Below, piece after piece: positions 10,037 to 18,855 of a stretch of 64,000 nt of DNA; positions within the stretch are counted from its first letter, which is position 1; every line of letters begins with the position of its first letter. The position numbers and the translations under genes were made by a program. Source of the stretch: an uncultured Solirubrobacterales bacterium (GTDB lineage: Bacteria > Actinomycetota > Thermoleophilia > Solirubrobacterales > 70-9); assembly GCA_963701635.1 (NCBI GenBank), contig CAVPAU010000003.1:228303-292302 (forward strand), written 5' to 3'. The notes beneath the pieces are model-generated. The model saw only the letters and a list, made by a program, of their open reading frames with translations. It was not told the origin of the DNA and made no database searches.

Positions 10037-10618
10037 CTAGAGGTCGAGCTCGACAGCGGCCCGCTCCTCTTCGCCTTCCAGCTCGAGTTCGACGGGCCTC
10101 AGCTCGAGGACCTCGTCGGGTACGAGGTAGAGGAGCAGGGACGCCTGTATCGGGCCGACCTGAGGCGTCGAGTCGATCTCCGGGAACTGCTCACCGGGCT
10201 CGAGCTCGGCGCCGAGCGGAAGAGCGTAGACCGAGTCGCTGGGGATGCTTTCGTAGCGGCCGTCGGCCGTGTCGACCATCTCGAAGGACTCGGGGACCTC
10301 GTGGGCGACGTCGTCCTTGTTCTTGACCCTGATGAACACACCGACGTATGTCTCGCCCGGCCCCGGCGCGGGCTGGCCCTTCAGGTACTCGCGGTCCTCG
10401 ACGTCGAAGCGGTTGAGCGGGCGCGTGAACAGCACGTTGTACTCGAAGGGCTCCAGCTCGACCGGTTCACCCTCGATCACCACCTCGACCTCCTCTTCCC
10501 CGCCCGCGCCTTCAGCGTCGTCGTCGGAGCCGCAGGCGGCGAGGACGAATCCGGAGAAGGCCAGGAGCAGCACGGCGAGGAGGGCGCGGATCGACTTGCT
10601 GTTGGCGGAAGTATCCAT
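10037..10618 (-). CDS. Lipoprotein, DUF4352-like beta-sandwich domain
   Basis: Start moved to internal ATG (MDTSANSKSIRALLAVLLLAFSGFVLAAC lipobox). GETYVGVFIRVKNKDDVAHEVP resembles DUF4352 (recalled from memory). Confidence 0.65.
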   Translation of the reverse strand: MDTSANSKSIRALLAVLLLAFSGFVLAACGSDDDAEGAGGEEEVEVVIEGEPVELEPFEYNVLFTRPLNRFDVEDREYLKGQPAPGPGETYVGVFIRVKNKDDVAHEVPESFEMVDTADGRYESIPSDSVYALPLGAELEPGEQFPEIDSTPQVGPIQASLLLYLVPDEVLELRPVELELEGEEERAAVELDL

Positions 10619-10646
10619 CGGTCGGGAGTTTATTCGTCTCGAAGGA

Positions 10647-11156
10647 CTAGAGGATGCCGGTCTTGTAGCGGTTGCCGCCGGCCACTTCGACCCGCTCGGA
10701 TTCCATGCGCTCGGCCTCGACCTGTTCGCGCAGCCGCCGCAGCGCACGGTTCATCTGCCGCGTGTACCAGCGCGAGCCTCCGGTGAGGCGGTGAAAGTGG
10801 CGGTAGAAGCCGTATGGCTCGATCCAGTAGGACAGCCGGACCGAGCTCACGCCGGTCGGCGCTTCGGCGATTTCCCACTCGAAACCGGTCAGGTTGCGGT
10901 TCAGACGTCCAGTCGATCCGCGCTCCGAGATCCGTCGCGGGGCCTCGGTCGAAGTGATCGTCGTGTCGTTCCAGGCCGAGCGCCGCCTGAACCGGAATCT
11001 GGCTCCCGCACCGACGCCACGCGTATCGAGGCGCAGCAGACGGAAGTCCCTGATCGAGTCGCCGAACAGCACCGGGCGCGTGGCGATGTCGAGCAGGTAT
11101 TCGTAGATCATCTCGCGCGGCGCATCGATGTCGGTTTCGGCGTAGACGGGACCCAT
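10647..11156 (-). CDS. SRPBCC (polyketide cyclase/dehydrase-like) family protein
   Basis: MGPVYAETDIDAPREMIYEYLLDIATRP.. is a typical SRPBCC N-terminus; size 169 aa. Confidence 0.7.
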   Translation of the reverse strand: MGPVYAETDIDAPREMIYEYLLDIATRPVLFGDSIRDFRLLRLDTRGVGAGARFRFRRRSAWNDTTITSTEAPRRISERGSTGRLNRNLTGFEWEIAEAPTGVSSVRLSYWIEPYGFYRHFHRLTGGSRWYTRQMNRALRRLREQVEAERMESERVEVAGGNRYKTGIL

Positions 11157-11215
11157 CGCCGGATGATTGTACGGGCTGGGCCGCTCGCGCCCGACCCCGG
11201 GGCCGTGGGTAGGGT

Positions 11216-12016
11216 GTGCGGGTGGCCATCACGATCGCGATCCTGTCCCAGAAGGGCGGCACGGGCAAGACGACCCTGACCCGCTCGCTGGCCGACGGTC
11301 TGAGCCGGGCCGGGTTGAACACCCTGGCGATCGACAGCGACCCGCAGGGCAACCTGTCCGAGTACTTCGGCGTTCCGGCTGAGGCCTTTCCTACGCTCGG
11401 GGAGGTCCTGGCCGGTCGTGAGAAGGCGATGGATGCCGTCCACAACGGGGTGATTCCGGCCAACCTCGGGCTGGCCGAGGCCGAGTTGATGCTGGCCGGC
11501 AAGATCGGTCGCGAGCTGACACTCAGGAGCGCCCTGCGCGAACCCAAGCGCCAGTACGACGTGATCCTGATCGACTGCCCGCCGACGCTCGGCCTGCTCA
11601 CCGTGAACGCGCTCGTGGCCGCCGACCGCGCGATCCTCTCGACCGAGGCCGAGCACTTCTCCGAACAGGGTGCCGAGCAGGCGATGGAGGTGATCAACCT
11701 CGCCCGCGAGAACCTCAATCCCGACCTCGAGCTGCTCGGGATCATGCTGAACATCGCCGACATGCGGACGAAGCATGCACGTCGCACGCTCGAGCTGCTG
11801 CGCGAAGAGTTCGGCGACCTCGTATTCGACACGGTCATCCGGCGCTCGATCGTCTACCCGGAGTCGGCCCGGGCCGGCAAGCCGATCTACGAATTCAACC
11901 GGCGCAAGTCGTTCGACTACGCCCGCCTGACGGTCGAGGTGCTCGAGCGCCTGGATCTGAGCGGGCCGCTGGAAAAGGCACGCAGGGCCGCACGCGAGCT
12001 CGAGCCGAAGACCTGA
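11216..12016 (+). CDS. ParA/Soj-family ATPase (orphan, no adjacent parB)
   Basis: Deviant Walker A ILSQKGGTGKTTLT, DSDPQGN and VILIDCPP motifs. Alternative GTG start at 11222. Confidence 0.85.
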   Translation: MRVAITIAILSQKGGTGKTTLTRSLADGLSRAGLNTLAIDSDPQGNLSEYFGVPAEAFPTLGEVLAGREKAMDAVHNGVIPANLGLAEAELMLAGKIGRELTLRSALREPKRQYDVILIDCPPTLGLLTVNALVAADRAILSTEAEHFSEQGAEQAMEVINLARENLNPDLELLGIMLNIADMRTKHARRTLELLREEFGDLVFDTVIRRSIVYPESARAGKPIYEFNRRKSFDYARLTVEVLERLDLSGPLEKARRAARELEPKT

Positions 12017-12022
12017 CGGGTC

Positions 12023-12397
12023 TCACGGCCCCAGTATCGCGGCCCATACGAGGCCGCCCGAGACGGCGACAAAGGAAGTTACCGCCAGCGCCCTGTACCA
12101 GAGCTTCTTCTCGACCTCCGGATTGAAGGCGAGCGGGACAAAGAGGGACGGGTTCATCGCCGTGCCGAAGATCAGCATCGCCTGGAGCAACGGCGGGGGG
12201 TCGGGTACGACCAGGCCGACTGCGATCAGGATAAGGCCCATCATGAGGAAGTCCAGGTGCACCTGGAGGATCCGGTGTGGCCGGGTCAGCCCGATCCGCT
12301 TCAGCCATTCCGGCTTCTCCGACCTGACGACCATTGCCCAGCCCAGCATCGCGCCGATCGCCAGCTCGATCAGACCGACCTGCAGCAGGAGATCCAC
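12023..12397 (-). CDS. Hypothetical integral membrane protein (~4 TM)
   Basis: Start trimmed to GTG 12397, 5 nt after the thrB stop. The longer ORF-track start (12514) would overlap thrB. No family recognised. Confidence 0.5.
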   Translation of the reverse strand: MDLLLQVGLIELAIGAMLGWAMVVRSEKPEWLKRIGLTRPHRILQVHLDFLMMGLILIAVGLVVPDPPPLLQAMLIFGTAMNPSLFVPLAFNPEVEKKLWYRALAVTSFVAVSGGLVWAAILGP

Positions 12398-12402
12398 GCA
12401 GG

Positions 12403-13278
12403 TCAGAGCTCGGGGACGTCGGCGCCGAGCGGGCTGAAGCCGACCCTGCGGATCTCGGCCCAGCCGGCGCATCGCTCCTTCAGCGCCGCGCTGACCTTGC
12501 CGGTCTCCTGCCACCCGCTCCAGACGAGCACGGTGGGGCCGGCGCCCGAGATGGTCGCGCCGATGGCTCCGAGCGATGCGGCCTGTTCGACCACCTCCAT
12601 CGACTTCGGGAACAGGTGACGGCGACGGTCCTGATGGATGCGGTCGCGGATGCCGAGGCTGATCAGGTCGAAGTCGCCGCTGCTGAGGCCGAGCGTCAGG
12701 TGCGCTGCCGCGGCGGCGTTGGCGACGGCGTCGCCGAGCGGAACCTGGGTCGGGATCGCTTCGCGGGCCAGCGAGGTGGAAACCGGTTCGTGAGGGATGA
12801 CCAGCACTCCCTCGAGTCCCTCCGGAGAGTCGATGCGGGTCGCGACCAGCTCGCTGCCCGTTCCCGAGCAGACCACGAACCCGCCGCAGATTGCCGCGGC
12901 GACGTTGTCGGGGTGGCCCTCCAGCAGTGTCGCCCGCTCGAGCAGCTCCTGGCGCTCGATCCCCAGCTCGTACATGTGGTCGGCCGCGACCAGCCCGGCT
13001 ACGATCGCGGCCGCGCTGGATCCCATGCCGCGGGCGAGCGGGATCTCGCCGCCGATCCGGAAGCTGAGGCCGTCGGCCGGATGGAGCGTCTCGAATGCCC
13101 GGACCACGAGGTTGTCACGGCCCGTCGAAACGTCGAGATCGCATTCGACCGAGAATTCACCGGTCTCACTGACCTCGAGTTCCAGGTGAATGTCGAGGGC
13201 CACGGCCATGACGTCGTAGCCCGGACCGAGATTGGCCGATGAGGCCGGTACCCGGACGAGTCGGTGGCGGTCGGTCAC
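12403..13278 (-). CDS. thrB: Homoserine kinase
   Basis: GHMP kinase motifs VPASSANLGPGYD and PLARGMGSSAAAIVAG. Confidence 0.92.
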   Translation of the reverse strand: MTDRHRLVRVPASSANLGPGYDVMAVALDIHLELEVSETGEFSVECDLDVSTGRDNLVVRAFETLHPADGLSFRIGGEIPLARGMGSSAAAIVAGLVAADHMYELGIERQELLERATLLEGHPDNVAAAICGGFVVCSGTGSELVATRIDSPEGLEGVLVIPHEPVSTSLAREAIPTQVPLGDAVANAAAAAHLTLGLSSGDFDLISLGIRDRIHQDRRRHLFPKSMEVVEQAASLGAIGATISGAGPTVLVWSGWQETGKVSAALKERCAGWAEIRRVGFSPLGADVPEL

Positions 13279-13375
13279 GAGTCGAAAGGTATTGCGTTGG
13301 GGCGCGACGCGGTTTCACGGCCGCAGCACGCGGGGCGCGGACGCGCCGGCGAGGCAGAGAGGTCATGATTGCCCG

Positions 13376-14212
13376 ATGCTCGAATCCCCCTCCAGGTTCC
13401 CGTCAACGCCCCAGGAAGCCGGCCGGCAGCCCGCGCTGAAGATCACCGACCTGACCAAGAAGTACCCGACCGGCACCGAAGCGCTGAAGGGCGTCTCGCT
13501 CGAGGTCGCCTCCGGCGAGTTCTTCGGCCTGCTCGGCCCCAACGGCGCCGGCAAGTCCACGCTGATCCACTGCTCCACCGGGCTCGCGTCTCCGACTTCC
13601 GGCTCGATCCGCATCTTCGGCAACGACGCGGTCGACGGTTACCAGGCGGCCCGCGAGGCGGTCGGCCTCGCCCCGCAGGACCTCAACCTCGACTGGTTCC
13701 TCACCGTCGAGGAGACACTCGACTTCCACGGTGGCTACTTCGGCATGAAGAAGAACGACCGCCGCGAACGGGTCAAGGAACTGCTCGACGCGTTCACCTT
13801 GACCGAAAAGAAGGACGAGCGCACCCGCACCCTCTCCGGCGGCATGAAACGCCGCCTGGTGCTCGCCCGGGCGCTGATGCACCGGCCGCGGCTGCTGATC
13901 CTCGACGAGCCGACCGCCGGGGTAGACGTCGAGTTGCGGCTGGAGTTGTGGCACTACGTACAGCGGGTCAACACCGAAGGCACGACGATCCTGCTGACCA
14001 CGCACTACCTCGAAGAGGCCGAGCAGCTCTGCAGCCGGATCGCCTTCATCAACGACGGCCGGATCGTCGCCGAGGGATCCAGCCGCGAGCTCGCCGCGAG
14101 CTTCCAGGTCGAGACCCTCGAAGACGCCTACCTCGAGCTGGTCGGGCGCAAGGAGCTCTCCCGGGCGAAGGCGATCGCGCTGGCCGAGGCCGAGACCGGG
14201 GAGTCGCAGTGA
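13376..14212 (+). CDS. ABC transporter ATP-binding protein (ABC-2/DrrA-like exporter)
   Basis: Walker A GPNGAGKST, signature LSGGMKRR, Walker B LLILDEPT. Start at ATG 13376. Confidence 0.9.
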   Translation: MLESPSRFPSTPQEAGRQPALKITDLTKKYPTGTEALKGVSLEVASGEFFGLLGPNGAGKSTLIHCSTGLASPTSGSIRIFGNDAVDGYQAAREAVGLAPQDLNLDWFLTVEETLDFHGGYFGMKKNDRRERVKELLDAFTLTEKKDERTRTLSGGMKRRLVLARALMHRPRLLILDEPTAGVDVELRLELWHYVQRVNTEGTTILLTTHYLEEAEQLCSRIAFINDGRIVAEGSSRELAASFQVETLEDAYLELVGRKELSRAKAIALAEAETGESQ

Positions 14213-14976
14213 GCCCGATGATGATCCGCCTCAGCGCCCTGACCCGGCGCGAGGTCAGCCGCTTCATGAAGATCAAGGGCCAGACGATCGGCGCCCCCCT
14301 GCTGGAGACCTTTCTCTACATCACCGTCTTCGGCGCCGCGCTGGGCAGCCGTGTCGGAGAACTCGAGGGCGTCGACTACGTGGTTTTCGTGACACCCGGG
14401 CTGATCATGATGGCGTGGGCGCTGAACGCGTTCTCGAACAACTCCTCCTCGATCCTCCAGCAGAAGTTCCAGCGCGCGATAGACGACCAGCTCTCCTCGC
14501 CTTCTTCGCCCCTGCAGCTCCTGCTCGCCTTCTCGCTCGGCGGCTTCCTGCGCGGACTGATCATCGCCGTCGTCACTTTCGTCGTGGCGAGCCTGCTGAT
14601 CGACCTGCCGGTCGAGCACGCTCTCGTCCTGGTCAGCGCACTGCTGCTGGTCGGCTTCTTCTTCTCCCAGCTGGGGGTCCTGGTCGGGATCCGGGCCGAG
14701 CAGTTCGACGACGTCTCCTTCGCGCAGACCTTCATCCTCACTCCGCTGATATTTCTCGGAGGGGTCTTCTACTCGTCGGCCCTGCTGCCAGAGCCGTGGC
14801 AGACGATCACCCACTTCAACCCGGTCTTCTACATGATCAACCTGGTCCGCTACGGGTTTCTCGGGGTCTCCGACGTCAACGTCGGCCTCTCGCTGCTGGC
14901 CCTGGTCCTGGCCACGTCCGCCCTGTTCGCCCTCAACCACCGGCTGTTCGTCAGGGGCTACCGCCTGCGCGCCTGA
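14209..14976 (+). CDS. ABC-2 type transporter permease
   Basis: Six-TM hydrophobic protein starting at GTG 14209 (GTGA overlap with the ATPase stop). The upstream part of ORF 13369..14976 is an out-of-frame read of the ATPase gene. Confidence 0.85.
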   Translation: MSPMMIRLSALTRREVSRFMKIKGQTIGAPLLETFLYITVFGAALGSRVGELEGVDYVVFVTPGLIMMAWALNAFSNNSSSILQQKFQRAIDDQLSSPSSPLQLLLAFSLGGFLRGLIIAVVTFVVASLLIDLPVEHALVLVSALLLVGFFFSQLGVLVGIRAEQFDDVSFAQTFILTPLIFLGGVFYSSALLPEPWQTITHFNPVFYMINLVRYGFLGVSDVNVGLSLLALVLATSALFALNHRLFVRGYRLRA

Positions 14977-15059
14977 CGGAAGCTCCGGGGCCCCCGACGA
15001 GTGCACCACCGGGCCCCGCCGGCTCCCTCAGCAACAGCCCGGGGTCGTATCCCGGCGAT

Positions 15060-15128
15060 GAGGGCGGCCGGGGGAGGGTCGAATTGGGATGGCTGGGGTA
15101 GGCGGGAGACCCTCCCCCGGCCGACCTC
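15060..15128 (+). repeat. GC-clamp hairpin repeat, copy 1 (21-bp stem with 1 mismatch, 27-nt G-rich loop)
   Basis: GAGGGCGGCCGGGGGAGGGTC / loop GAATTGGGATGGCTGGGGTAGGCGGGA / GACCCTCCCCCGGCCGACCTC. Confidence 0.85.
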
Positions 15129-15181
15129 ATGACGACATGGCGTGGCTCCCGGCGCCGTTCGCGGTCGAGGCGGCCGCAGGA

Positions 15182-15252
15182 GGGGGCGGGTCCGGGGGAG
15201 GGTGAGTATGGGTTGGCGGGGTAGGCGCGAACCCTCCCCCGGACCCGCCCCC
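15182..15252 (+). repeat. GC-clamp hairpin repeat, copy 2 (perfect 22-bp stem, 27-nt G-rich loop)
   Basis: GGGGGCGGGTCCGGGGGAGGGT / loop GAGTATGGGTTGGCGGGGTAGGCGCGA / ACCCTCCCCCGGACCCGCCCCC. Confidence 0.9.
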
Positions 15253-15287
15253 CCCCGCAAACCTCGGACCCGCCTACCCTCCGCTGC

Positions 15288-16322
15288 TCAATCGAAGACG
15301 GCGTGCTCGACTGCGGTGATGTCGTTGGCGCAGTTGATCACCGCTGGTGCGGTACCTAGCGCGGTGTCGGGGTCCTTCAAGCCGTGGCCGGTCAGCACGC
15401 ATACGACCGTCTCGGGCTTGTCCATGCCGTCGACCGTCTGCAGGCCATGGGTCAGCAGGCCTGCGACCGAGGCCGCAGATGAGGGCTCGCAGAAGACCGC
15501 CTCGTTCTGGGCCAGCCACGAGTAGGCGTCGAGGATCTGCTCGTCGGTCACCGCGGCGACCCGCCCGCGCGAGGTGTTGAAGGCGTTCATCGCCTCCTCC
15601 CACCGCGCCGGGCTGCCGATGCGGATCGCCGAGGCGACCGTCTCCGGCTTTGCGACGGGCGCGCCTTCGACCAGCGGAGCGGCGCCGGCGGCCTGAAAGC
15701 CGTACATGATCGGCGACGTGTCCCATTCCGTGAAGCCCTTCCAGTAAGCGGTGACGTTGCCGGCGTTTCCGACCGGGATCGACAGCGCATCGGGCGGCCC
15801 ACCGAGCTCCTCGATCAGCTCGAAGGCGGCCGTCTTCTGGCCCTCGATCCGGTACGGGTTCACCGAGTTGACCAGCTCGATCGGATGGCGCTCGGCGAGC
15901 TCGCGCACGATCACCAGCGCATCATCGAAGTTCCCCTGGAGGGCGATCACGCGTGCGCCGTGGATCAGCGCCTGGGCCAGCTTGCCGATCGCGATCTTGC
16001 CCTCAGGCACGATCACGGCGCCTGTGAGCCCGGCTCGCACCGCATAAGCGGCAGCACTGGCGGCGGTATTGCCGGTCGAGGCGCAGATCACGGCCTCGGC
16101 CCCTCGTCCTTTGGCCCGTGAGACCGCGACGGTCATGCCACGGTCCTTGAACGATCCGGTCGGGTTGGCGCCTTCGATCTTCAGGAAGACGTTCGCGCCG
16201 ATGCGCTCCGACAGCCGCGGCGCCGGAACCAGCGGCGTCGAGCCTTCGTTGATCGAGACGATCGGATCGTCGGCCTCGAGCGGGATGTACTGGCGGTATC
16301 TCTCGATGAGTGGCTGCGGCAC
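15288..16322 (-). CDS. thrC: Threonine synthase
   Basis: PLP-lysine motif [19 protein letters not shown]; length 344 aa; downstream of hom. Confidence 0.93.
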   Translation of the reverse strand: MPQPLIERYRQYIPLEADDPIVSINEGSTPLVPAPRLSERIGANVFLKIEGANPTGSFKDRGMTVAVSRAKGRGAEAVICASTGNTAASAAAYAVRAGLTGAVIVPEGKIAIGKLAQALIHGARVIALQGNFDDALVIVRELAERHPIELVNSVNPYRIEGQKTAAFELIEELGGPPDALSIPVGNAGNVTAYWKGFTEWDTSPIMYGFQAAGAAPLVEGAPVAKPETVASAIRIGSPARWEEAMNAFNTSRGRVAAVTDEQILDAYSWLAQNEAVFCEPSSAASVAGLLTHGLQTVDGMDKPETVVCVLTGHGLKDPDTALGTAPAVINCANDITAVEHAVFD

Positions 16323-16328
16323 GGCTAC

Positions 16329-17561
16329 CTAGACGAAGACTTCTTCGATGACCCGGATGAAGCGCGGACTGGAGCGCAGCGAACCGAGGCCGCCGATCTG
16401 CTCGACCGCCTCCATGAACAGCGCTTCGGAGCAGCGGTGGACGACCATGACCAGGCGCGCGTCGTTGCCCATCCCCTTCTGTACGACGCTCTTGACCGAG
16501 ATCCCGCTGTCGGAGAGCACCTTCGCGACCTGCGCCAGAACACCGGGCTCGTCGGCGACCTCGAGGTGGAGGTAGAACGAGGACTGGACGTCGGACAGCA
16601 CGGGCAGCTCCCGTTCGGCCGCGTGGACCGGCGCCTCGCCCGATACCACCGAGACGAGGTCACCGAGCACGGCGGCGGCTGTTTCGGTCCCTCCCGCCCC
16701 GGGACCCGACAGCGTGACCTCGGTGATCTCCGGAGCCTGGACCATGACGGCGTTGAACGGGCCGTTGATCGGCGAGAGCGGATGGCCCGGATACAGGAAG
16801 CACGGGAAGACCCTGACCGCGATGCCGTCGTCGAAGCGCTCGGCGACACCGAGAAGCTTCAGCGAGAGGCCGAGCTCCTTGGCGTAGGCCAGGTCGTCGG
16901 GCTGGACCGACTCGATGCCCTCGAACGGCACCTGTTCGAAATCAACCGGCGTATGGAAGGCGAGCCGGGCCAGGATCGCCATTTTCGCCGCGGCGTCGGC
17001 CCCGTTGACGTCCTCGGTCGGATCGGCTTCGGCGTAGCCGAGCTCCTGGGCCCGTGCGAGCACCTCTTCATACGAAGCCCCGGTAGAGGCCATCTCGGAG
17101 AGGATGAAGTTCGTGGTCCCGTTGACGATGCCGAAGACCTTCTCGAACTCGACCGCGCCGAAGCTCTCCTGGACCACGCGGATGACCGGTACGACGCCGG
17201 CCACGGCCGCCTCGAAGCGCAGCTGGACACCTGCTTCGTCGGCTGCGGCGAAGAGCTCGGCACCGTGCTGTGCCAGCAGCTGCTTGTTGGCGGTAATGAC
17301 CGGCTTTCCGGCCTTCAGCGCAGCGATGACGTGCTCGCGTGCGGTCGTCGTACCACCCATCAGCTCCACGATCACGTCGGCGCCGGCGAGGATCGTGTCG
17401 AAGTCGCCTTCGCTCGTGGTGAGCACGCCGCTGATCTCCACGCCACGGCCGGTCGCGCCTTCGACGGCCGCCGACCGCTCGGCGATCAGTTCGACCAGCG
17501 CGCCGCCTACCGTGCCGCGACCGAGCAGCCCGACCCTCACCGGGCCGTCGGCGGCGCTCAT
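16329..17561 (-). CDS. hom: Homoserine dehydrogenase (with C-terminal ACT domain)
   Basis: N-terminal Rossmann VGLLGRGTVGG, VITANKQLLA, NGTTNFILS motifs. ATGA overlap with the lysA stop. Confidence 0.92.
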   Translation of the reverse strand: MSAADGPVRVGLLGRGTVGGALVELIAERSAAVEGATGRGVEISGVLTTSEGDFDTILAGADVIVELMGGTTTAREHVIAALKAGKPVITANKQLLAQHGAELFAAADEAGVQLRFEAAVAGVVPVIRVVQESFGAVEFEKVFGIVNGTTNFILSEMASTGASYEEVLARAQELGYAEADPTEDVNGADAAAKMAILARLAFHTPVDFEQVPFEGIESVQPDDLAYAKELGLSLKLLGVAERFDDGIAVRVFPCFLYPGHPLSPINGPFNAVMVQAPEITEVTLSGPGAGGTETAAAVLGDLVSVVSGEAPVHAAERELPVLSDVQSSFYLHLEVADEPGVLAQVAKVLSDSGISVKSVVQKGMGNDARLVMVVHRCSEALFMEAVEQIGGLGSLRSSPRFIRVIEEVFV

Positions 17562-18820
17562 GCGTCCCTCGCCAGGAGGTCGTCCCAGGTCTCGCGCCTG
17601 ACCACGACTTCCGCCTCGCCGTCTTCGCAGAAGATCACCGGTGGCCTGGGCATGCCGTTGTAGTTGTTGGCCAGCGCATGGCCATAGGCGCCGGTCGCCG
17701 GGGTGATCAGGATGTCGCCCACCTGGGGATCGGCAAGTGCCACGTCACGGACCAGAATATCCCCGGACTCGCAATGCGAGCCGGCGATGGTGGCGACGGT
17801 CTCGGCCGGATCGCCTGCGCGATCGGCGATCGCGGCCTCGTACTTGGCGTCGTAGAGCATCGGCCTGAGGTTGTCGGACATGCCTCCATCGACCGAGACG
17901 TAGGTCCGCACGCCCGGGATCTCCTTGATCGTGCCCACCGTGTAGATCGTCACGCCTGCGTTGCCGACCAGCGAGCGACCCGGCTCGATCAGGATCTTCA
18001 CCTCGTGGCCGAAGTGCTCGCGTACGGCCTCGATCTTCAGGTCGACGTAGCTCTCGATCTTCGGCGGCTCGTCCTCCTTCTCGTAGGAGATACCCAGACC
18101 GCCACCGAGGTCGAGCATGCGGCACCACTCCCCCTTGAGCTCGGCCAGCGACTCGACCGCAAGCCGGAACGGCTCGATCTCGAAGATCTGCGAGCCGATG
18201 TGGAAGTGGAGGCCGACCAGGTTGAGCATCGGCGAGGCCAGTGCCCGGCGCACCGCACGCTCGGCCGAGCCGTCCTCGAGGCCGAAGCCGAACTTGGAGT
18301 CGAGCTGTCCGGTCTGGATGTAGGTGTGGGTCGAAGGCTTGATTCCCGGAGTGACCCTGATCAGAACGTCCTGCCTGCGCGTCAACACGCGTTCGCAGCG
18401 TTCGATCTCGTCGAAGGAGTCGAGGATCAGATGGCCGACTTGGGCTTCCTCGGCCAGCCTCAGTTCGGCGTCTGTCTTGTTGTTTCCGTGCATGTAGATC
18501 AGCGACGGGTCGTACCCGGCCGCGAGCGCCATGGTCAGCTCGCCGCCGGAAGCTACGTCGACCGACAGCCCCTCCTCGGCGAACAGCCTGTAGGCCGCGG
18601 TCACGGGCAGCGCCTTGCTCGCATACAGCACCTCGAATTCGTCGGTCCGGCTGCTGAATGCGTCGACGTAGGCCCGGGCCCGGTTGCGCATCTCGGAGAC
18701 CGAGAAGACATAGGCGGGAGTCCCGAAGCGCTCGGCCAGTTCGACCACGTCGCAGCCTGCGATCTCCATGTGGCCTTTGCCGTTGACGCTTGTTCCGACC
18801 GGGTACGGCATCCCCGCCAT
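17558..18820 (-). CDS. lysA: Diaminopimelate decarboxylase
   Basis: Fold-III PLP decarboxylase: YASKA (PLP Lys), HFHIGSQ, GGGLGI, CESGD motifs. Confidence 0.93.
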   Translation of the reverse strand: MAGMPYPVGTSVNGKGHMEIAGCDVVELAERFGTPAYVFSVSEMRNRARAYVDAFSSRTDEFEVLYASKALPVTAAYRLFAEEGLSVDVASGGELTMALAAGYDPSLIYMHGNNKTDAELRLAEEAQVGHLILDSFDEIERCERVLTRRQDVLIRVTPGIKPSTHTYIQTGQLDSKFGFGLEDGSAERAVRRALASPMLNLVGLHFHIGSQIFEIEPFRLAVESLAELKGEWCRMLDLGGGLGISYEKEDEPPKIESYVDLKIEAVREHFGHEVKILIEPGRSLVGNAGVTIYTVGTIKEIPGVRTYVSVDGGMSDNLRPMLYDAKYEAAIADRAGDPAETVATIAGSHCESGDILVRDVALADPQVGDILITPATGAYGHALANNYNGMPRPPVIFCEDGEAEVVVRRETWDDLLARDA

Positions 18821-18855
18821 TCTTACGACTTCGGCCGAGCGGTACGGTTTGCTAC

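Noticed and set aside
13369-14208. The N-terminal 280 codons of ORF 13369..14976.
   Set aside because: This stretch is an out-of-frame reading of the ABC ATPase gene (Arg/Pro-rich). Only the part from GTG 14209 is a hydrophobic ABC-2 permease.
15060-15252. The hairpin repeats as a possible CRISPR array.
   Set aside because: There are only two copies per locus. The repeats are ~70 nt with divergent stems, the spacing is irregular (53 and 179 nt), one pair is inverted, and there are no cas genes in the window.
15142-15525. ORFs 15142..15525 (+) and 61362..61808 (-) share the peptide SMGWRGRREP, which looks like a small protein family.
   Set aside because: The shared peptide is just the translation of the conserved 27-nt loop of the hairpin repeat. 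The flanking residues are unrelated, and the first ORF is antisense to thrC.
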